Shown here in pieces: positions 57,494-64,000 of a stretch of DNA of 64,000 nt; the stretch's first letter is position 1, and the number at the start of each line of letters is the position of its first letter. The notes under the pieces were generated by a model. It did no database searches. It saw only the letters and a list, made by a program, of their open reading frames with translations, and was not told where the DNA came from. The stretch comes from Mayamaea pseudoterrestris (Eukaryota): contig BROI01000007.1 in the NCBI GenBank assembly GCA_027923505.1, positions 372,001 to 436,000 on the forward strand, in the 5' to 3' direction. The position numbers and the translations under genes are program-made.

Positions 57494-57848
57494 TGTGTCC
57501 GGGTTCTGTCTGTCCGGTACTTACGTACTTGTCTGTCCGGTACTCCCGTCGATTTGCATTGGATCGTTGCCATTCCACCATGGCGCTCTGCACGCTCCGT
57601 TCTTCATGCTTTCATGCTAACAAGCTCCAACAGCTATAACAACGGCATTATTGTCTGTTCACCAGACGTGGGTTCTTCTTTGAGATTTATCATTACAATG
57701 ATCCTGGATGTTCCTGTCTTTCGAGTCGAATGTCGAGCCTTGTGCTCACAATCTGAAACTAGTGATTGCATAAAACACTATAAGCTTGCTGTTGCAAAAA
57801 CAAACATCTTCTTCATCGTTTAACCTACTACTTGCGAAGTAGTCTTCA
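57494..57848 (+). repeat. Putative 5' LTR (~355 bp; start could be 57490)
   Basis: Starts TG where the transposase frame is lost and ends CA immediately before the PBS; partner LTR not visible. Confidence 0.65.
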
Positions 57849-57850
57849 CT

Positions 57851-57862
57851 GGTTACGAGCCC
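57851..57862 (+). promoter_or_regulatory. Primer binding site, half-tRNAiMet (hemivirus) type
   Basis: GGTTACGAGCCC resembles the Drosophila copia PBS GGTTATGGGCCC, which is complementary to the iMet anticodon arm. Confidence 0.7.
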
Positions 57863-57969
57863 AAGTTACAACCTCAAACGTTAAACGCTTCTTTTGCTCA
57901 ATCCAACAACGGGACGCCGTCGTGAGCAATTCAAACTACCAACGAACGAAGACTTCTACAACTACTACA

Positions 57970-60900
57970 ATGGGACGATCGCCCAACAAGAAAAGCAAAG
58001 AGGCCAAGTCCTCTGCCGCCGCCGCAGCTGCCGAAGCTGAGGCCGCCGCCAACGTCGACGCTGCAGCAAACCAAGACGACAACTACGACGACAAGGAGCC
58101 CGAGCCAGATGCTCCTCCTTTATCCGCTCGCAACTCGAGCAAGGCCTTTACTCCAATCAAACCAGTCCATGGTGGACTCTTCACTACGCCCAAGGAAATT
58201 ATTCCCTACACTGGCGGCAAACCCGAGCGCAGTTTCGCCGAGTTTCCCCAAACGACCGACATACCAATGGAAGGCTGCCGCCGTCCAAGCGACCCCAAGG
58301 ATTGGAAGAGTCGCACCAAAGGGCTTGATACTAAACTCTCCACAACAACAAACCTGTTTACGTGGGAGAAGGAATTTTGGCGACACCTCGTTCGCCACGG
58401 ATTGGACACCACCCCCTACATCGCGAAAAACGAGACCACCCTCGCTCCTATTGTCACTCAGTGTGGCAGATTCCCTACAGTCGAAGCAGTCCAAGCTGCT
58501 GTAGATGAAGTTTCCCCCAAATGGGATCCTTATGATCGTCGCAATGATGGCGACGCGGTCGAATTCCTGTTGAACTCTCTCAGTCAAGAGATTCGACAGC
58601 GCTTGGAGGTGTACACTCCAACAGACAAGCCCGAGTGCTTCGCCGTTACTTACTGGCGTGTGATTGCTATGGTACAGCAACACAATCATGCTCTTCATCA
58701 GCGCCTCGAGAGGGAGGCGTTGGCCATCATGCCGCATCAGTTTCCTGGTCAAAACATCCACCAGTATTGCGCCAGCGTCCACAAGCTCATCTCGCAGCTT
58801 CAGAACGCCCAGGTTTACAACCATCAAACAACAGAGCAGCTCCTCCGCAACATTCGAACAGCAGGAGGAACCTACAGTACAGACAATCCAGCCGCCACGG
58901 AATTCATGTTGAGTCTCTACGCATTCGAGCAAGCGTACGGGACGGCGGTGACGGAAAGCGCTGAAATGGGAGCAGCAGAACGAGACATCTACATGCTCAA
59001 GGCCAAAGCAGCTCCTCAAGACTTGTTCAAAGCAGCGGAGACCAAGTATGATGCTCTTATAGCTGCAAATGCTTGGTGGCCAGCCCGCCGCCCTCAGGAC
59101 CGTCGCGCCCCGGCCGCACACGTCCTCCAAGTCAACACGAACCACTCGAACGCCTCTCGCTCTGACGGAGCTCAAGACAGGATCTGTTTCAACTGTGGAA
59201 AGAAAGGCCACATCTCGCCTCAGTGCACTGAACCGAAAAGGGACGGTAGCAATCGCTCAGCTCCAAACTCGCCTAGAAACATGCCCAGTCACAGTCGCAC
59301 CTCGAGCGGTCGGAATTCCTCTCGTCGTGGACCAAGTACTGGATCCTACGGGCCGCGAAGCACAGGCGCCAATCAAAACGGCCGCCCTCGCAACAACAAC
59401 AACAACAATCGTCGATCCACAAGCAATGGATCCTCTTCTGTCCCCAAGCTCTGGTGTGGCCATTGCAACCGCTGGGGGACTCATGACACGGCTGCTCATA
59501 ACAACGAGCGAACCAAAGTCCCAAATCCATCGCAGCCGCCGACTTTGAACCCGCGGGCGAATCTCGCCAATGTGTTTGACTCGCATGACTGGGTGATGCC
59601 TAGCGCCTATTACGCAAAGCTTCCATCATTCAATGAGCGCTGGATTCCACCCGCAACAGTTGAGGCTCTTCAATCGGTTTGTTTGAACACCAGCGAGGAA
59701 GAGCAAAACCTCGCCGCCTGCGTTCTGCCTCCGGATCTTTCAATGTCGCCATGGCATCTCGACTTGGAGGATGGAGGCGACTCCTTCAGTTCTTTCCTCA
59801 AGGAAGACGCTTATCCATCGCCAGTATACGTCAAGGAAGCTCATTTGTCTCCTCGGTATGAGCTTTCGCCTCGCCGTTTGTTTGACGAGGCAAGTGCTGC
59901 GGTTGATACGCGCCCAGTTAGCGACAGTCTCCATGACTACTGGTTTGAAGGGATGTCTTGCCCTGGCGCTCCTTCTCCAGTGCCTTCCACTCCGCCTTTA
60001 TCACCTAATCAACCAGATTTAAGGCTTCCGCGCATGCTTGATTTGATCGAGGACATTGATGGCAAAATCAAGTTCCATTTCGAGTGCTTTGGCTCTGGCC
60101 CCTGGCCGCTCAATCCTCCTCGCTCGATTCTGGTCAAACGCCTTCGCGCCATCAAGGGCGCAGGCTCTAAAGGCAGTCGCAGCAATCAAAGCAACCACAG
60201 CTCTGCTGGTAACAATAGCGGAGGCAGTGACGACGACAGCAGCCGCAGCAGCAGCAACAGCAGCAGCAGTGTCGACTCAAGTGACACAAGCAGTCTGTCG
60301 AATGATATCAGTCTGGATAATGTCAGTACAGCATCTCCGCCTCGCAAGAAGCCATTTGCTAGCGGTAAACAAGCTGCTCTGGCCGCTGCTCTGTTCATGG
60401 CAAAGGGAGCAGACGCTTTCGGCGCTCCTGCGACAAGCTCTAGTCCTACCATGACTCAAGTCTTTCGCATGTTGCCGTCATTCTTGCAGCCAACGCCTGC
60501 TCAAAGCGCTGCTGCAGTCTTTCCTTTCAATCTCCTCCCATCTTTCCTTTGGTTTGAAGTGGGGGAGTCGGTGGTATTCGCCTTTCTCCTTTGGTCGCTG
60601 ACGCTGGTATTGGCGTGTGCCGCCACTTGGTATTACATGAAGGCTCGCCGCCTTTCGCGCCGCCTTCAACACCACTTGCGCCATTGCCATTGCTACTTGG
60701 TTTTGCATGCCAATGGGCGCTTTGGTCGTCCTGTAGACTCACCTGCTGTTGATTGCGCGTGGCGCTCTGCTCGACGCGCCATTGTTTGGCGAGTCTTTCA
60801 CCTCATTGCTTGGTTTAATACGCTCTGGCTTCGCTGGTTGCGTCGCCAAGTTGCCTACTGGACTGCCATTGGGGGAGAGACTACTCATTATCGCCGTGTT

Positions 60901-63900
60901 GGTGGTTCAAGATTTTGTGTTGCTCGCCCTGATGGTCCTCAACCCGTGCCCGTTCGCCAACCTGCTCGCCGACGCCGTCGCCGTCGCCGCAACAAGAAGG
61001 CAAAAGCCAAGGCTGAACAAGCAGCTCCTTCTTCTCCTTCTTCTCCTTTGGATCGCATTCATGGCATCCTCAAGATCAAAGCTCCGCTGTCAACCCTGAC
61101 GCCTCGCTCGCACGTGCACTTGCGCGAGATGGACAATTTCCGTGGCCATCTGCTCGCAAACGATGCCTTTACCGTCTCGCAAGTTGATGAAGACATCAAC
61201 AAGGTACATCAGTATCTAATGGGCTTTCTGGATATGGCTCCTTGCCTTCAAACAGGCGCTCGCATTCCTCATCGCTTGAGTCGCCTTCGCCATTCCAAGT
61301 ACGAGGTGAATCACGAACTGAGTCCCGATTCGCCCATTTCGCCCATTCAAGGCTACCTTTCCTCCAACACGACAACGCCTAGTCCTCAACGCTCTCGCAC
61401 ATCTTCTCCACCAAGGATGCGCTCTGCTAAAGTTAAAGTGGAAGCGTTGGGTCGGCAACAGTTCCAGTCGCCGCGGCGTTGCAAGAATGGCCAGCCCAGC
61501 ATGCAACCTAGCGAGTTGCCAATGCCCGTCATGCCGACTTCAACCACTCCAGTTGCTAGTCAAGTGGAACCAGTCGTTCCTAGTCCTGTTATCTCTGGAA
61601 TCATGGATCCTTATGTCTTTCTGTTGACTCTAACGCCACAAGAGACTGCAGCTCTGCCTGCTTGGATTCGATCAACAATGCGCGCTATCCGCCGCAACGG
61701 CCACGCATCCTCTTTTGGAGACGACAAATCCTCCAAGGAACGAGTCTTTCCAGTCATTTGGGATACTGGCGCAAGTATATCTATCTCATACGAGCGCTCT
61801 GACTTTGTCGGTCCCATTGAACCGTCTCCAAACAACGATCGCGTCAGTGGTCTTACAGATGGAGCCAAGATTGAGGGGAGAGGCTGTGTCGCCTGGACTT
61901 TCCTTGATAATGGAGGCATGCTCAGAACATTAAAGCTGCCTGCCTACTACATTCCGGCTGCTACAGTCCGCTTGCTAAGTATAAGCAGCGTTCTGCAACA
62001 ACACTATGAGGAATTCATCTATGGCGACGAACGAGCCATCTTCCTGAGTGGATCCGTTTCAACCACTCACTCCGACGGATCCATAACCAACAATGGAATA
62101 GAAGTTCTGGTGGATCCTGCATCTAACTTGCCGACCGGGTATGCCTACGATACCTCGTCTCCTTCTGCATCTGCCTATCGGGCAAGCGAGTTGTCGGCGC
62201 CGCCTGGATCGCCACCAGGCCCCGAGCCAGCTCCAAATGCGTCAAATGCACCTCCAGGCAATACTGGAAGGCATCAAAATGGCAATCTCGGTGGATCTTG
62301 TCAAACAAGGGCGCATGGTTTCTTGCCTGGGTCCGCACAAGGCCGAGGTCCCAGCTCGAATTCACGTCAATTGCCAAGTGGCCCGCAAGTCTACTCGGTT
62401 GCTATGCCTTCTCCATTGCCGCCTCCGGTGGTAGCTTCCAATAATGCTAATATAACGGAAGCAGAGAAGGAACTTTTGCGGTGGCATTACCGTCTTGGCC
62501 ATCTCGCCAAGGCGAGGATCCAGTTCCTGATGAAGGGAGGCATCCTAGCTCAATCAGAGGGACAACGGCGCCTACACGCCGCAAGCTCGAGGCTGGTTAA
62601 TCCTCCTCTTTGCGCTGCCTGCCAGTATGCTAAACAAAGGCTGCGTTCTGCTCCCGGGAACAAGTCAACTGCGGTCAAGGATCGAGTTGGAGCGTTGCGC
62701 CGCAACGACGTGTTTCCAGGGCAACAAGTTAGCGTTGACCATTTCATCTGCTCAACCAAAGGCAGACTCTTCTCCTCTCGAGGCAAGACTCAAGAGGCTG
62801 ATCTTTACTGCGGTGGTTGCATCTTTGTGGATCACGCCTCTGGCTACGTCTTCATCTACTTCCAGCGGCATTTAACCACCGACGAGACCCTTGCCGCAAA
62901 GGAGGCATTCGAGCTATCCTGCCGCGACTATGGAGTCATTCCTCAAGAGTATCTTTCTGACAATGGACGTGCCTTTGCGTCTAAAGCATTTGCTCAGCAT
63001 CTTGCAGTGTTCTCCCAGATCAACAAGTTTGCCGGCGTCGGCGCCCACCATCACAATGGGATCGCCGAGCGCTCCATCCAAACGATCATGGCAATCACTC
63101 GCGCTATGATGCTACACGCCTCTATACACTGGCCTGAGCTATCTGATCTATCGCTCTGGCCAATGGCGTGCCAATATGCCGCGTTCCTGTGGAACAAGAT
63201 GCCCGACCTGCACTCAGGGATCAGTCCACACGACTTGTTTACGCGCACTCGATGGCCTCACTCGCGCTTCCATGACCTTCATGTATGGGGATGCCCAGTC
63301 TATATACTGGAGAAGCGTCTCTCTGATGGTCAGAAGCTGCCGCGCTGGTCGCCTCGCTCCAAGCGTTGCGTCTTTGTCGGTATGAGTGACGCGCACGCAA
63401 GCTCCGTTCCTCTGGTCCTCAATCCAGAAACAGGAGCCATTACACCTCAGTTTCATGTGGTCTTTGACGACTACTTTAGCACGGTATCATCTGATCCTGG
63501 CAGCTTGCCAGATTTCGAGACGGACGAGTGGCGCAAACTCTTTGGCGACAGCTCCTATCAGTATATCCCCATTGACGAGGATGGAGCCGACCAAGAGCCT
63601 TCAACCAGCGCGCCTCCTATTCCTGAAGCTGCTATTCAGCAAAAGGATCGAGTGGAAGCCGCTTTTGAAACCAATCGTCCATCCCATCCATTGCCTGGCG
63701 AGCCGGCCCCAAGCGAGCCAACCGGCGACCCATTGCATGATCCCGCCGACCCGACCGACGATGGTTCTGGTCTCGCAAGGGCGCAGGATGACAGTTCTCC
63801 GCCTGCAAGGGCGCCAAGTCCAACTTTTGATACCACCGCTTCGGCCAATTCTGCAGACTCGTCTTCAGCTAGCGCACCTACACACCATAACGCTGTGACA

Positions 63901-64000
63901 CCAAGTCCATCAAGCTCGCAAATGGACACACCAAGACGATCCCTTCGTTCTAATATGGGCCAACTGCCTCAGCGGCTTACCTACATTAGTCCTGGGCATC
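57970..64000 (+). CDS. Gag-Pol polyprotein, open to the window end (>2000 codons)
   Basis: One frame contains CFNCGKKGHISPQC, WCGHCNRWGTHDTAAH, protease IWDTGASIS, integrase LLRWHYRLGH..CAACQYAK, VSVDHF, SDNG and NGIAER; its absence from the ORF track is consistent with no stop before 64000. Confidence 0.92.
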   Translation, partial: MGRSPNKKSKEAKSSAAAAAAEAEAAANVDAAANQDDNYDDKEPEPDAPPLSARNSSKAFTPIKPVHGGLFTTPKEIIPYTGGKPERSFAEFPQTTDIPMEGCRRPSDPKDWKSRTKGLDTKLSTTTNLFTWEKEFWRHLVRHGLDTTPYIAKNETTLAPIVTQCGRFPTVEAVQAAVDEVSPKWDPYDRRNDGDAVEFLLNSLSQEIRQRLEVYTPTDKPECFAVTYWRVIAMVQQHNHALHQRLEREALAIMPHQFPGQNIHQYCASVHKLISQLQNAQVYNHQTTEQLLRNIRTAGGTYSTDNPAATEFMLSLYAFEQAYGTAVTESAEMGAAERDIYMLKAKAAPQDLFKAAETKYDALIAANAWWPARRPQDRRAPAAHVLQVNTNHSNASRSDGAQDRICFNCGKKGHISPQCTEPKRDGSNRSAPNSPRNMPSHSRTSSGRNSSRRGPSTGSYGPRSTGANQNGRPRNNNNNNRRSTSNGSSSVPKLWCGHCNRWGTHDTAAHNNERTKVPNPSQPPTLNPRANLANVFDSHDWVMPSAYYAKLPSFNERWIPPATVEALQSVCLNTSEEEQNLAACVLPPDLSMSPWHLDLEDGGDSFSSFLKEDAYPSPVYVKEAHLSPRYELSPRRLFDEASAAVDTRPVSDSLHDYWFEGMSCPGAPSPVPSTPPLSPNQPDLRLPRMLDLIEDIDGKIKFHFECFGSGPWPLNPPRSILVKRLRAIKGAGSKGSRSNQSNHSSAGNNSGGSDDDSSRSSSNSSSSVDSSDTSSLSNDISLDNVSTASPPRKKPFASGKQAALAAALFMAKGADAFGAPATSSSPTMTQVFRMLPSFLQPTPAQSAAAVFPFNLLPSFLWFEVGESVVFAFLLWSLTLVLACAATWYYMKARRLSRRLQHHLRHCHCYLVLHANGRFGRPVDSPAVDCAWRSARRAIVWRVFHLIAWFNTLWLRWLRRQVAYWTAIGGETTHYRRVGGSRFCVARPDGPQPVPVRQPARRRRRRRRNKKAKAKAEQAAPSSPSSPLDRIHGILKIKAPLSTLTPRSHVHLREMDNFRGHLLANDAFTVSQVDEDINKVHQYLMGFLDMAPCLQTGARIPHRLSRLRHSKYEVNHELSPDSPISPIQGYLSSNTTTPSPQRSRTSSPPRMRSAKVKVEALGRQQFQSPRRCKNGQPSMQPSELPMPVMPTSTTPVASQVEPVVPSPVISGIMDPYVFLLTLTPQETAALPAWIRSTMRAIRRNGHASSFGDDKSSKERVFPVIWDTGASISISYERSDFVGPIEPSPNNDRVSGLTDGAKIEGRGCVAWTFLDNGGMLRTLKLPAYYIPAATVRLLSISSVLQQHYEEFIYGDERAIFLSGSVSTTHSDGSITNNGIEVLVDPASNLPTGYAYDTSSPSASAYRASELSAPPGSPPGPEPAPNASNAPPGNTGRHQNGNLGGSCQTRAHGFLPGSAQGRGPSSNSRQLPSGPQVYSVAMPSPLPPPVVASNNANITEAEKELLRWHYRLGHLAKARIQFLMKGGILAQSEGQRRLHAASSRLVNPPLCAACQYAKQRLRSAPGNKSTAVKDRVGALRRNDVFPGQQVSVDHFICSTKGRLFSSRGKTQEADLYCGGCIFVDHASGYVFIYFQRHLTTDETLAAKEAFELSCRDYGVIPQEYLSDNGRAFASKAFAQHLAVFSQINKFAGVGAHHHNGIAERSIQTIMAITRAMMLHASIHWPELSDLSLWPMACQYAAFLWNKMPDLHSGISPHDLFTRTRWPHSRFHDLHVWGCPVYILEKRLSDGQKLPRWSPRSKRCVFVGMSDAHASSVPLVLNPETGAITPQFHVVFDDYFSTVSSDPGSLPDFETDEWRKLFGDSSYQYIPIDEDGADQEPSTSAPPIPEAAIQQKDRVEAAFETNRPSHPLPGEPAPSEPTGDPLHDPADPTDDGSGLARAQDDSSPPARAPSPTFDTTASANSADSSSASAPTHHNAVTPSPSSSQMDTPRRSLRSNMGQLPQRLTYISPGH

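Larger units (their letters stand above)
57494..64000 (+). mobile_element. Ty1/Copia (CoDi-like) LTR retrotransposon, 5' part
   Basis: TG...CA 5' LTR, PBS, and a gag-PR-IN ORF in Copia order; RT and the 3' LTR lie outside the window. Confidence 0.93.

Noticed and set aside
58120..59211. 363-aa ORF antisense to gag
   Set aside because: Shadow of the long gag-pol frame

Overview
Eukaryotic, almost certainly diatom (pennate-like) nuclear DNA, judged from the short GT-AG introns, VDG-F bipartite plastid-type leaders and a CoDi-like Copia element. About 0.7-42.5 kb is a gene-dense island of roughly 24 protein genes, including eEF3, EMC4, a RUS1-family gene, eIF1/SUI1, allantoicase, a USP, two fucosyltransferase-like genes, REEP/Yop1, LST8, NSF, HAS1 and PHB2. 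It also holds a ~240-nt RNase P-type RNA gene (minus strand, ~37889-38130) that the ORF track does not capture. The island is bracketed on both sides by the same 169-bp palindrome-bearing satellite. The right-hand array (43.76-55.15 kb, ~60 monomers, with 2364-bp and ~2210-bp higher-order duplications) is interrupted by two tandem copies of a highly structured 470-bp non-coding unit. Each unit holds a 59-nt tRNA-like module and, 44 nt downstream, a primer-binding-site-like sequence complementary to that module's own 3' end plus CCA. The insertion ends exactly where the next such site would start. This is the best candidate for an undescribed system: a non-autonomous retroelement carrying its own tRNA-like primer. 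The array ends at a two-gene PIF/Harbinger-type DNA transposon, itself interrupted by a Copia LTR retrotransposon that runs off the window. All calls are by eye; no searches were run.
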